Positions 1 through 13,780 of a stretch of 64,000 nt of DNA are shown here, piece by piece; position 1 is the first letter of the stretch; each line of letters begins with the position of its first letter. The translations under genes were made by a program, and so were the position numbers. The stretch lies in NCBI RefSeq assembly GCF_009914755.1, contig NC_060937.1; one strand, given 5' to 3'. Source of the DNA: the human T2T-CHM13v2.0 reference genome, Homo sapiens. Below the pieces are notes generated by a model, which was not told the DNA's origin, made no database searches, and worked only from the letters and a program-made list of their open reading frames with translations.

Positions 1-3000
1 AAGATACTTAAAATGATTAAGTGTTTGGGAAGTACAGCTTACTCACATGCATGCAAATAACTATAAAATTCACAAAAATGAGAGTACTTTGCCTTCTTTT
101 GATGTGGATATTCTGCTTTATTTCTCTTTCTTTAAGATAAATAGAAAAATAAAATATTAGCTAAGATTAAACTTTAGAGGTTTTCCTTCCTCCTATACAT
201 ATGAAGGACATCGTATGCTATTTATGAACAAATTGTGGGATAATGATTTGAGAGTGACATCTATGATAGCATCAAGGGTAGAAGATAATTTTTATTCAAC
301 TTCCATTGTCTGTGTCCATTCAAACAGGAATCTCATTTATTGTGACTGAGTAGGAAAAGAAATTTAGTGAATTGAATATAATTATCACATAAATAGTTTG
401 GCTGGATTTAGTTCATTTGAATGGTCAATGCAGCATAAATATTTCCACTATTCATATTTACAGGTTTGGAAACTGTTCACGTTCCTATGTTTCATTTGTT
501 GACAGAAGTATATTAAACATGTCATTAGGTTAAAGGGGTATAACATGGAAAGTAATATTTCTTTAGACCTTATTTTTATTTTTCATGGTTTTTTTTCCAT
601 GCAAAAAAGACAGAAATTGTCATTTCACAATATTTAACTTTTGACTCTTTGGAGTCCTAATGATTTCAGCTCTGTTAAACCAACATATTATTTATATCGC
701 AATTTCTTTTTCATGGCATTTACCAAATGAAGGAAATTACTCCTTTTATTAGCATATCTAATCATTTGTTTGCAATGACCTGATTTTTATCTCATCTATG
801 TTGTTGCAACATAGCATATAATAACCACCAAGACTGAATTTTTTTCATTGCAGGGTTGAACCCTCCTAATTTGTCAAATCTGTTATTTGAACCAGTTGAA
901 TTGCTAGCTTTTATCTCAATTTTTTGACTGCTGCTTAAGAGGATTAGAGGCCTTGGTCAGCTACACCAGGGTGGCTCACAGTAACAGGCGCCATTGCAGC
1001 TCAGATCCAAAAATCAATGAAGTGCGGCTCATTGAGTCTGATTGACTAAGCCTCAATTGCCCTGTGGAAAAAACCTAGTGTCAGTCTTCTCTAGTTATGC
1101 AAACCAAGTCAGACAGAAACCAGCAGCTATGTTCTTCCTTTTAAATCCAAATATTAGGAAGGTAATAGAAAGGGTGAAAGGTAGCAACAACAACAAAACT
1201 ATGAAGAAAAGACAAAGTGAAGAACTGGCCTTTGTGCCCAAAAACATACTGTGATTTATCACTTTATTAAGTCTCCAAGTTCTCTGATGAAATAGTTTTT
1301 TACTTTTAAAAATCGTCCAAAATTGCTAATTATCATCATCTCATTTTTTCTTCTAGATTTATTAAGTAAATTTACAATGCAAATTATCAAATGTAAGTTT
1401 TCTGTTTGAAATGTATATATATTTTTCTTTCCAGTGAAGTCATAAAAGAAGAACAAGTATATGACCTCTCTCATTTTTCATTCTATAGAAAATCCTATGA
1501 AATAGATGCATTTATTCTGATAGGACAACAAGTTTTTCCCTCTGCTTTATGTGACAACATGTTCTTCCCTCAGCTTTATACAACAACATGTTAACAAGGT
1601 CTTTCCTCTGCTTACATTGTAACTGAGTGAAGCAATTAAGGATCCTCACTCTCATATATTTTAGAGGGGGGAATAATTATCTTGTTCCAATTTGAAGGTG
1701 TTACTACAAGGAAAAAGTCGCCAATTCCATTTAAAAGTGAAGGCTTTCCCCCCACCGTGGAAGCTTATTATTTAAAAAAAAAAAAAGGGTCTCAGTAACT
1801 GGATCTCGTGTTTAAATAGTTCTGTCAGAACTTTCACAACTCTAGGTTACCATAATCACTCAACAAGCTGATGAGCCCTTTACCAAAAGTTGATTCCTTT
1901 AATTGTGAACAATTAGACAACATTTTCTGGGAATAAAAGAGTCTCCGGAGAGCAACAGAATTTTATATCACAGAATCACAGTGTTCTAGAGCTGTGAGTT
2001 TTCAAACTATGTTTTGCAATTGTCTAATTACGAAGATCAGAACACAAAAACCCCCAAAATTAAGGGATTTGACTCAGGTCATAAACAACTGAAATTTTTA
2101 AAATAAAGAGTGAGAGACTTGATATGAAGGATTTTAACAGGATTTAAAGGGGTAGGAAATTTAAATCACAAGACATTTTCATGTGATTTGAAATTTTATT
2201 AGGATCATCTTGTCAACAATTCTAATTTAGAGGCTGTAATTCATTTTAAACAACTTAAAATTCAATTTAAAACAATTCTATTTAAAATCTAAGCATATTT
2301 TTGGGGAGGAACGAAACACCCCAGATAAAGTTGAAAGCAAATGGCAACCAAGGCAGAAAAATGGATTTAATAAATAGTACATTATTTCTAGTGATAGTAG
2401 TTTGTTTTATCTATCTCTCTAGAACCTACCCTTTAATGTATGGGACCTTGTCATGTGGTGTGTAAATAGGAGCCCACAACATGTTCTATTACCAAAAAAG
2501 CAAGGCTAAAACTGAAGCTGTTTTGAAAGAGATGGTCATTATGTTAAAACAGGAGAAAACATTATCCTGAATAAGTTTTTATAGTAATGAAATTTTCTGA
2601 AACTTCAATTATTTGCTTTTTGTCGCTATGAAATCATTTTGCAGTATAATAACTTAGTAATGAGTGAAATTTGGAATAAGTCAACATTCTCATTAAAACA
2701 AAGTCATCTGATATTACTGAGAACCATAAAACAGCTATTGAAACCTGAAGCTTCAGAGAAGGAAATCTTTATTGCAATAAAGAAATCAGCAACATTGTTT
2801 ATAAGCATCATTTCCATGGCAAAAGATTAGTTCATTCAATAAGAATCTTGTAACATGGTGCCAGCACGGGTGCAATAAACTTTATGGAATGGCTCATAAA
2901 ATTAGACTAATTAAAGATAATCTAATTTGGACAATTTTATCTTCTGGAAAAGAAATGTGATGTCATCCTCCGGGAAGAAACAATGTTTAGTCTCTGGGGA

Positions 3001-5769
3001 TGTGAAAAAAAAAAAAAAAACCCTCACAAGATATTTGCAATAATAAGAATTAGGGTTGATCCAAAGACAGTCTTAGATCTACCCATTGCCTCTCAAAAGA
3101 TCCACCACATAGACTGTTAAGCCCCATAATTATCTCCCCTATTTGTGACAAGCGTGAGCTAATCAGTCTCTGAGGGAGTTTTCCAGCAGATACTGAGGAG
3201 AGTGTGTGAGCTTCACAGTGCTCATCAAGCTATTTTGTACTCAGAATGGCAAAGAGCTGACCAAAGTTCATTATCCTCATCTAAATCAGAATTAATTCAA
3301 ATTAAGAAAAATAGACTTTTTAAAACGCCAAGTGCTTATGATTTAGAACAAAGAGTCTTCACTATTTTTATAACAGCAACATAGGTTCTAGCTGCCTATA
3401 ATCCCATATTAAAAGATTAGAAAAAACATCTGAAGAAATCAGAGAGTGTCTAATTGAGGTTCTTGCCTTTAATCCTGCGAGCAGACTCCCTCTTGGATAT
3501 CAAGATCTGTCAGGGCCGAGTCAGGGGAATTCTGTAAGGAAAAAGCAACCACGAGGAATATAACATATTCTTTCCTACTTAAGAAATAAAAAGAGAAAAA
3601 CACAGTTGGTGATATCAAAACATAAGCCAACACAAAATTAGGGGAAACCCCAAAATGGATTTGTAAATATAAGCTAGCAAAAGTGGAGAAATAAGCCAAA
3701 CCTTGCTTGTTTATAATGTTTAAACCATTGTGCAATACAGGGTACACAAATAGACAAAAAAAAAAATATGAAAGAGCAAGTAATAAGGAGTAACAATAAA
3801 GATAGAATCCAGACTAGCAAGGAATTAGTAAACTATTTAATAAATGTATTTTACCTGTGTATTGATTCCTAAAATATTAATTATGTGATTGTCTTTTTAA
3901 TTCCATACACTCATCTTGCCAGAGAATTATATGTTAGTGAGTACTTTTGTATCAACCATGGAACGTTACAGTGAAACAAAGTTTTTCTGTATTGCTATTT
4001 TATAATTGTGTATAATACAGTTTAGAAGCTTCACTGGTTGAAAATTAGTATTTCATGCTTATTTACTAAAGAACTGAAATATTAGGCTATAGTTCATAAA
4101 CAGTAAGTTAAATTAGTGTGATAAAGAATGAAAGAGTTTAAGAAACACAAAATCTTTTATACCATAATTTAAAAAAAAAGTAATCAAGAAAAAAAGAGGA
4201 AAAAGTGGCACACTAAAATCAAGATATACTTTACAGTAATATCATGTTTTAATCACAAAGCAGGATATTTGCTGCCCTAATTGCTTAGAAATTGATACAA
4301 AATGTAAATTAGGCAAAGCTATCTAATAAAAATTATAGAGATGCATATGTGCATAGTAAACATATTTTTCTTCAGCTTACTATGCATTAATACTTTAAAA
4401 GGGTTAATTTGGTGCATAATAGGAAAGTTTTCTTATATTTTCATCATAAACTCACATATAGAATAATTATTCAAAATATTTTAATAGGAAATTTAATATT
4501 TTATTAACAATCTTTTAGTAAAAGATGCCTCTTTTGCAGTAAACTGGATTTTGAGGGACTGCCAAAGTCATCAAGAATCATTCCATAATACAGAAACACT
4601 TGGAACTGAGCATAGATATGGAAAAAAATAAATCAATCTAACAAATTTTTCTTTTTAATTGCAAATGAAAATTTATGGAACAATATCTTTTGATCTGTAC
4701 ATGCTATCTCACGAAAGATTCCACACCTCTTCAGAAAACACCACACCATGATGTACATGCATTTAAGCAGTATTTGCTCAGATTTGTGTGAATGGTTCAA
4801 ATAATAACTTTCAAAGCATAAAATTTTTGGAAAAAAAGTAATTTTGATAAGTATTTTAATGAACCAATTAACTAATTAAATGAACCACTCTTATAAAGCT
4901 ATCGATTATTTAAGTCTCAATTTTGTTCTAATTTTTTAAAATGTGATCATTATATTAAGTACTGAAGATTATAAAATTAGTACTAATGACAGTATATGTA
5001 CTATATGACTAATATATAGTCATGTGAATGGAAGAATTAAGAAACTCACAGATAGTGACAAAATTCAATATGAGCAGTTTATATTAAAAAGGGCAGAGAG
5101 CGAAATAAGTGGGGGTTATAGAACCCAAACCTAAATTCCCTAGTTTCTCCATGAAATCCTAAGTTGTCATCCTATGACTTTATGGAACTGGCCACTTCAT
5201 GAGCGAGCCAGTATATCTGAACCCTTTAATAACCAAATAGCAGGTGAGAGGTGAAACTCACCCAGTTATTTGATTTATAGTTAAAATAACACGCTCTTTT
5301 ACGAATGTAATTTTAGCCCGACTTCTTAGATTTTATCTAACAAAGGAAAATTTATGAGTCATTTACATTTTTACAAGATACCAAATTATTTCCTATGCTA
5401 TTGCATTGAAAGACGGGAGCTTAATATTTAACTTTAGTATATTGTAATTTAATCATTAAACACTATGATGATTACTGTAAGTTAAGTTCTGTACTGTGAA
5501 TCATGAAGAAAAATACGGACAATCAGAAATTACTTAAAATTCATAAGCAATGTTAAAAAACAAAAGAGGCATATATTATCTTAGGACAACCTAGGCATTG
5601 CTCTGGTGATGACAGCATAGGAAATATCTGAGGCTTGCTTGAGGTCTGTCTCATTAGGAGTGGAATTGCCATAGTGTGTTCTAGAAGTCCAAACCTCCAC
5701 CTGACTAGCATAGAGGAAGGAAGGTCTACTTATGCATACCTAACCTTCTCTGCAAAATACAGTCACACA

Positions 5770-5930
5770 AGAAAGTTTTAAAAATCCTGATGCCTAAGCA
5801 GAACGCCAAACAATAAATAAATAAATTAATAAATAATAAATTAATTGATTTTTTAAAAATCCAGGCATCAATGATCATTTTAAAGTTCTCCAGGTGATTC
5901 CAATGTGCACCCAAGTTTGCAAGCTATTGA
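5770..5930. mobile_element. MER5-type hAT-Charlie remnant
   Basis: 'ctccaggtgattccaatgtgcacccaagtttg' resembles the MER5A terminal sequence. Confidence 0.55.
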
Positions 5931-6028
5931 TCTATACCAATCCGCCCCTCTTCCTGGCTACCTAGAAAAGTCCTAAGTGGTTTCTTGGAATTGAGCTTTC
6001 TAATGAACTAGAAGCAGTTAGGGTAATT

Positions 6029-6494
6029 CAGTGGTTCTCAAATTTTTTGCTTTCCAATCCTTTTTCATGCTTAAAGATTATCGAGGACCTTGAAGAACTT
6101 TTGTTATTGTGGGTTATTTCTACTGACATTTACTCTAGTAGAAATTAAAACTAAGAAATTTAAAAATATTAACTAATTATTTGACAATAAAAACAATGAA
6201 ACCACTACATATTAATGGTTTTATAAAAATAACTATTTTATAAAACAAAAGTATCAGTGAGAGAAGTGGTAAGGTTTTAAAGTTTTACAAATCTCCTTAA
6301 TGTCTGGTTCAGTAGAAGGCAGCTTGGTTTTCATATCCACTTTGCACTCAATCCGTTGCAATAACACATATCTGGAAAGATTCACTATGCACTTATAAGA
6401 GAAAGAAAATGAAAATAACAACTTAGTATTATTATACAAATAGTTTTGACTTCACACACCCCTCTCGATGAGCTTGATATCTTGAGAACTGCTA
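6029..6494 (+). mobile_element. hAT-Charlie DNA transposon remnant (MER119-like)
   Basis: Starts CAGTGGTTCTCAAA and ends TTGAGAACTGCT (Charlie-type TIRs); internal 'gaggacc..gaacttttgttattgtgggttat' matches the MER119 pattern. Confidence 0.7.
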
Positions 6495-7111
6495 GTATGA
6501 TCACAATAACCTTCACAGTGCAGACAAATTCACATGTAACAAACCTGTTGTCCCCAAAAGGAACCACTTAGGATATATAAAAGAGACACTGTTGTTACCA
6601 TTTGCTTGGCGACGCATCAGGTTATGGCTGTACAGATGCTATTTCAAATACCGAGTTAATTTAGAAAGAAAATTCCACATTTCAAACTTTATTAAACCAA
6701 TAAGCACTTGAAAAATATGATTCCTATAGTGAATGATTTCTGCCTGGCTAAAAGATCCAATCCTTGCATCCCCAAATTATCCAATCTAGTTGATGAAACA
6801 CGGCATACATAAATAAAAATTTACAAAGGAACATTTTATGAGGTTAAAATTGACACACAAATATCCGAGTAAGTTTTAAAAAACAACAAAAATCCTAGAT
6901 TATTCAAATATGTTTAAATGTTCTTGTTTTACTCTCTTTTTCATTTAAGTTGTTATCATCATAGGTAGATAATTTTCCTTTATAAAATGATAGGACAGAA
7001 GGAAATGACACCTTTGTGCTAGGTAGCTATTTTGACTTGCCACTAAGGCTACAGACAAATTCTTCTATAAATAGTTCGTATTTGTTCCTAAGTACTTTCT
7101 ATTGTTGTCTT

Positions 7112-7481
7112 TGCTATGGTTTGAATGTGTTTCCCCAAAGTTCACGTGTTGGAAACTTGATCCCTGATGCAGTGGTGTTGGAAGGTGGAGCCTGATGGAA
7201 GGTGTTTGGATCGTGGGGCTCTTCCCTCATAAATGCATTAATGCTGTTATTGCTGGAGTGAGTTTCTTATAAAAAGGATGAGTTCAGCCCCTTCTTACTC
7301 CCTCTCACCCCCTCTTTGCCCTTCTGCCACATTAGGGCATAGCAAGAAGGCCTTTGCCAGGTGCTATCCCCTCAATCTTGGACTTCCCAGCCTCCCGAAC
7401 TGTGAGCCAATAAATTTCTATTCATTATAAATTATCCAGTCTGTAGCATTTTGTTATTGCAATATAAAACAGAATAAGATA
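7112..7481 (+). mobile_element. MaLR solo LTR (MST family)
   Basis: Begins tgctatggtttgaatgtg; contains 'ttggacttcccagcctcccgaactgtgagccaataaatttct'; ends ...taagata. Confidence 0.9.
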
Positions 7482-8413
7482 TTGTTGTTGCTGCTGTTGT
7501 AATTGTTATTTTTCTCACTTTTGGTTAAAGGCAGATGACCTTCAAAATAAAATAACATTCAATTGGATTTATTTCCTCTGATCTAAAAAAAGGGTGTTTT
7601 CTTGTTAGCTTATATTTTCTTTGTCCTTTGTTAGCTCATCTGTACATTGCATATGCTATATTATGTATGCAACAGGAATGCATATACATTCAATGTTATT
7701 CTTTCCATTTTGTACCACCATTCACACTTATTATGGTCACTTTTAATTCTAATTCTATTCTCCAAGATATCAGCTATTTCTTCCACTTGATGTCATCAGC
7801 AGACTTAATAAGCATACTTGATATTCTATCATCCTGGTCATTGGAAAAATGTTAAATAGCACTGAACTGGGAACTGACCCCTGCAGAACACTTCTTGTTA
7901 CATTTTCCCTTTAATTCATTCCCAAATTGATACTTATTATCTGTATCTTTAGATGTGTACCAGGTAAGATTGGCCAGTATTCCTTTGGTACATAACATAT
8001 TTCTAATAATTAAGAAATACTCTAATTGGAAATCTATATACAACTCTTGTAGAATTGAGTGTTACTCATAAAGGAAAGAGTTATGTATATGCATAAATAG
8101 GCTAAAATTGGCCCTTAATAAGTGTAATATGAAGTCATGAAGCAAAGAAAAACCCATACTGTATTGAAATGTCCATTACTTGCTTCAACCTTGACTAAAA
8201 TACCCATATGACCCATGGGAAATTAGAAAGAAAAATAGCATTTTATAAATCGTTAAACTAAAGTTTTCACTGTAAGTATCCTATTGGTAAATTATGTCTA
8301 AATAACTATCTTTACTTCTCTTTCTAATTGGAACATCCTATCTAGTGAAGCCTGGCATCTTTCTCTCCCTCCAACCTACCTCTAACATTACCTCATTCAA
8401 ATGGACATGGTAA

Positions 8414-8416
<3 letters not shown>

Positions 8417-8450
<34 letters not shown>
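8417..8450. repeat. (CA)17 microsatellite
   Basis: Direct read. Confidence 0.95.
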
Positions 8451-8451
<1 letters not shown>

Positions 8452-8860
8452 CTTTTTATTAGCAAATAATAGTGGAGTATTGCTGATTGTGTTAATTTTT
8501 ATGCTTATATTCCCTAATATATATATGTATATATATATGTGCACATACATATTTAAATTATTTCCTTGATTAATCAAACATTACTAGGATTCCATAATAT
8601 GAACGTATTAATCCTACTTCACAAATAGAACAAAGTAAGAGGATAATAAAGCAAAACAGAAGTTTTTCAAAACTTCACAAATTTAAGATAATTTGATATT
8701 GTTAGTGAATAAGACAAGCACCTAATAAAGATGTATTAAATGTCCAATATGTACTTAATACAAAACTATATGATTCTAATATTATAAAATAAGTAACTTC
8801 AAATAACTCTTCAAGAGCTAATAGCTTATTTATTAAAATAATATTAAAATGGATAATACT

Positions 8861-9245
<385 letters not shown>

Positions 9246-9524
9246 TTAGACGATATTAGCTTGATGGTAAAAAGTCTTTGTGAAAGAAACAGCTTCTGAA
9301 TGAGAACAGTCTAGGTGGTGGAAAAGAATGTCTAAAAGAAAGGAGAGAGTAATGTGAGTGACATACACATACATAAACCATGAATACATAAAATAACGTA
9401 TCCTAACACATATGCTACAGGTGCATGTCTTTTATAAATGTTGGTGAACCTGCGTTATATTCCAGAATTCTGTAAGTGGTAGCTTTTACAGATGAGTTCT
9501 GGGAACATAAACCAGACCTAAGAG

Positions 9525-10032
9525 AGTATATCGATTTTTATTCTAGGTAACAAACTAATCCCCAAATTTAGCAGATTAAAATGACAGTTATTATCTCACA
9601 GTTTTAGTGTTATCCAAAGAGACTTAGCTGTGTGATTTTGACTCCAGGTTCTCAGAAAGCTGCAGTCCAGTTATTGGCTGGGGCTGTAGTCATTCAAGAC
9701 TCAACTGAACAAGGATCTGCTCTTGGCAAGTCTTAAAAGATTCTCTTTCAAGTACATTCAAATGGGTCTTTACACAAGACTACTTAGGGGAAAGCAGCTG
9801 GCTTCTAGAGCAAGAGAATCAAGACAGAGTGTGGGCAATCAAGACAATGAGAGCACTCAGGACAGAGCCAGGTCTTTTTACAACTTGATCTAAGAAGTAA
9901 CATCACATAGCTTCTTCCACATCTGATCTTGGAACTGAGTCATTAAGTCTATACCACACCCAAGGAAAAGGGATTATACAAAATGCAGAAGGCAGGGACC
10001 AGTGAAGACCATCTCAGAGGCTGCCTACCTCA
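9525..10032 (-). mobile_element. MaLR LTR (MLT1F/G/H type)
   Basis: 'ggctggggctgtagtcatt', 'gaccatctcagaggctgcctacctca' (reverse complement of the MLT1 5' end). Confidence 0.75.
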
Positions 10033-11105
10033 GAAGACAAGATGGATATTGGGTGGAGGAAAGAAAAAGAAATCTCTCTTTCTCTGGGCCTCATTCCATT
10101 GGGGCTAAAAGTCAGACCATCTCTAGGTCATTGAGAATTCTTCCTTATGTTCAAATATGAACTACAGAACAGTCAGGAAGTTGGGAATTAGAAAAGAATA
10201 AAATTTAGGATATGATGGCTTCCAAAATGTAATTTATCTCTCTTTCTTCATGCTATTTTATTTCTTCTTCTGTTATTGTTTAGTCCAAAGATATAAAATA
10301 GTTGCTGCTTCCTTCTTCATTTTCTAATGAGACAATGGAAGGTACTGCTTATCAATCATGGTACTCTTGCATGGAGCCCACATGTGACCTCAAAATCTTC
10401 TCTGATATAGTAACCCAGATGTTTACAACAGACTGACCAAGGATGAGAGGTAACTTTCCCTACCAGTTACAGTCTTTAGAAGAAAACTGCTTCAGCTTTC
10501 ATATGTATGAAAAGTGTTCTCTGTAGAGAGTGGAGAAAAGGTGACCTTTTTAATAAATGATGTTGGGTCAATTGGATATTTATATAGAAGAAAATACAAC
10601 TGGGCTTCTATCTCACACCATATATAAAAGTGAATTCTAGGCAAATAATAGATCTAGATATAAAAGGGATACCTACAAAGGAAAATATTTATAAATATTT
10701 ACTTACTATGAAAAGTCAGGCTACATCGGTAAATTTATAAATTTAAATTTAAAAATTATTAAATTTATAAACTTCCACTTATCATGAAAAGGCAAGCTGC
10801 ATGGGTAAAAATATATGCAACACATATAACTGATGAAGAGTTTATATCTGCAATATATAAAAGACACCTACAAATCAATAAGAAAGAGAGACCCCACCTC
10901 CCAGTGAAAATAAGGGCAAGAAGTCTGAACAGGAGCCTCACAAAAGAAGATATCTCAGAGGACAGTAAACCTACCAAAAATATTTCTATAGCTATACATC
11001 CACTGGAATAGCTAAGATGACTGACAATTTCTAGTGTTAGTAAAGATGTGGATAATGTCAATTTTCCATATAATATGAATGTTGGTACAACCACTTTAGA
11101 AAAAT

Positions 11106-11123
11106 TATCTATCTATCTATGTG

Positions 11124-11170
<47 letters not shown>
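11106..11170. repeat. Compound (TATC)/(TA)/(TG) microsatellite
   Basis: Direct read. Confidence 0.9.
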
Positions 11171-11171
<1 letters not shown>

Positions 11172-11375
11172 AATTAAGTAGCCACACATCCTCTTACCCA
11201 GGAATTTCATTCCAAGACATGTAACTATAGATGAGATGAATAATATATTTATAAAATACTATTCAACAATAAAAGTGGAAGGGAAAAATCTGAGGGTACA
11301 TGCAACAATTTGGCTTAATTTCACAATCATAAATCATAAAGGCAAAGAAGCCAAATACAAATGAATGTACTACTA

Positions 11376-11424
<49 letters not shown>

Positions 11425-11454
11425 GTCTATCTATGTATCTATATCTACCTACCT
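11376..11454. repeat. (TATC)12 tetranucleotide STR with degenerate tail
   Basis: Perfect TATC run at 11376-11423, followed by variant units. Confidence 0.95.
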
Positions 11455-13544
11455 GCTGCATGATTCTATTTATATAAAGCAACATATGCAAAAGTAATCT
11501 ATGGTGTTAGAGGTCAGTATTATAATTAATTTTGAAGAAGAAGGACAAAATAGATGTTGTTACAAGGAGTATGAGCCCCCAAAAAATTTTAGCGTGCTGG
11601 TAATCTGTTTCTTGACCTGGATGGTAGTCACCTTGATGTTTTCATTTTGTGATAATTTATTGGCTGATTTGTGGCTTTCTTTGTTTATAAGTTACACTCC
11701 ACTAAAATGGGTTTTTAAAAGACTCAGCTTTATTTTAGTTGAATCAGAGGATAATAAGGAAATGATTCTCTAGTTTCTTCTACAAAAAAGACACATGCAC
11801 AGTTAGTTTGGAAACTAACTCTACACTTCATCAATCATGAAGTCAGTGTAACCATGGGGTGCAGAGTTATAAGGAAGCTAAGAGAGTAAAGTATAGAAGT
11901 TTAGTGAATACAAATTCCTTGAAACAAATACATAGGATGTATTCAGAGGCACAGCCATCTTCTGGCAGCTTATTTGATTCAGGGGAGGAATATTCTTGTA
12001 ACGTTTCCTAATTGGAATTTTGACAAAACTTTCAAGTTGGTTAGATTCAAGTCGTATTTTACATACATTTAACTTTGTTCTGCCTGATGTCTTGATGGGC
12101 AAGTTCAGCCACCTTACAAAGTTTGAGAACAGATAAGAATAACAATTTAGATGGGGTTAAGGTAATATTTCTTATTATTTATTATCAAATCAGCAGCAAG
12201 CAGTGCGAAAGGCATATTTGTGATCAAGAATCCATGTCGGCATGAGAGGGCTCAGCTATTCAGGGTCTCCTTTGTTCCTTGTGGATATGGTTGGAAGTTA
12301 GTGGTCACAGCAGCCACACAGCAGAAATCACCAGGTCAGAGAAGCCCAGGATTAGGTATGGGTTCACTGTGTTTCTATATCATCTCAATCTGGGAACGGA
12401 AAGGAGAAGGAAATGTCAGCACTCAGGGGTCTACTCCGTTGCCATAAACAAAATATCTTGCTACAACAATGGTTATAAAATGTAGTTCCCTGGGGATTTA
12501 TGCCTTACTATGCCATTAAGCCTGCTCAAAATTCAGTGCAGTAGCCCTGGATATCACCTACCAAAATGGTTTGATTTCATTTCTTCATTCACTTGTTCCT
12601 TTATTCTTGAAATATATTTGTAAATCCCAGGTATATATCAAGTACTACAGTAACCCCAGCAATTTGAAGTTGAGTAATTCTTAATCCCTACTCTCCAAAA
12701 ATTCTTAAAACATATGGTGGTATTTCAAAATATTTACCAAAAGGTTCCTGAACTTAGAGTGAGTATTCATCTTTTAGCTAATTTCACATTGTAAAGTTAC
12801 AGGCAAAGTAACTTGAAAAATGTAGATCTTATAAACATTTTAAACTGCTCTCAGCAAAGATCTGAGGAATTTTTGGAAATGACATAATTTCCATTAAGTA
12901 AGTAATGTTCTAACTTCCTCCTTTGATTCAAAGACCAATGTCCCAGTAACTTTAACAGCATCCGAATTTGAGATAGTTACCCTTTTAATCCCTGAAGGAC
13001 CTAACACATGAAAAATCTCTTAGAGTTACTCTTTCCATCTCAATTAATTTGAAGTCTAGTAAGTGAGCTTAATTATATGCATGAAGAAAGCAGCACTTAA
13101 ACCCTAAGATTACGAATCTGAAGACAGAAAGGGTACTAAGAGATAATCCTTCCTTATGACCCTAGAGACATTTGACCCCAAATGAACAGCTGGGCTCAAA
13201 CAACAAAGTCGCACAGCCTTTACATTTATATCCATGCTAAAACAGCACACATCTCTATAAAATCAACTTTAAATTTCAGTTTTCATTGTAATTATCAAGT
13301 TTTTCCCCCAATGACTTTAATGATTTTTTTCATAGATAAATGTACATTTTCAAATCTCTTGAAACAAGGTCCCCAGGTGTCAGTTGCAGTCAGAACTAAT
13401 AATGGTATGGGCATCTTCTTTGTTGCTTCATTTGAACAATGAGTTGGCCTTTTTTTGTGAGAATTAGGCTTTTGGATCCTGAGATCTATATATAGAAATA
13501 GATATTTTCTGATCCAGTTTGGCTTCTGGCTAGTCCCAAATTTT

Positions 13545-13780
13545 AGTTAACCAACATTTGTTGAATGCTTACTATGAGCCAGGCTGTGCTAGATATTGGT
13601 AATTTAAAAGAGAATAAGTTTCTAACTTCCTAGAGAACCAGTCAGAAAATTAATGTTTGAGTGAGAAATTAAGGAACCAGAGCTGAGGCTGTTAATACAA
13701 GGAGACAATTTTGAGAGGTAATGAGGGAGAGGAGTTTCAAGAGCTATATTTGAAGGTAAAGTGACAGAATTTGGGAAACT
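13545..13780 (-). mobile_element. L2 3' remnant
   Basis: 'caacatttgttgaatgcttactatgagccagg' is the typical L2 3' end. Confidence 0.6.

Larger units (their letters stand above)
10520..11710 (+). mobile_element. Old L1M 3' region (ORF2 end and 3' UTR)
   Basis: 'aataaatgatgttggg..caattggatat', 'tctcacaccatat' and ORF2-like peptide WVKIYATHITDEEFISAIYK. Confidence 0.8.
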
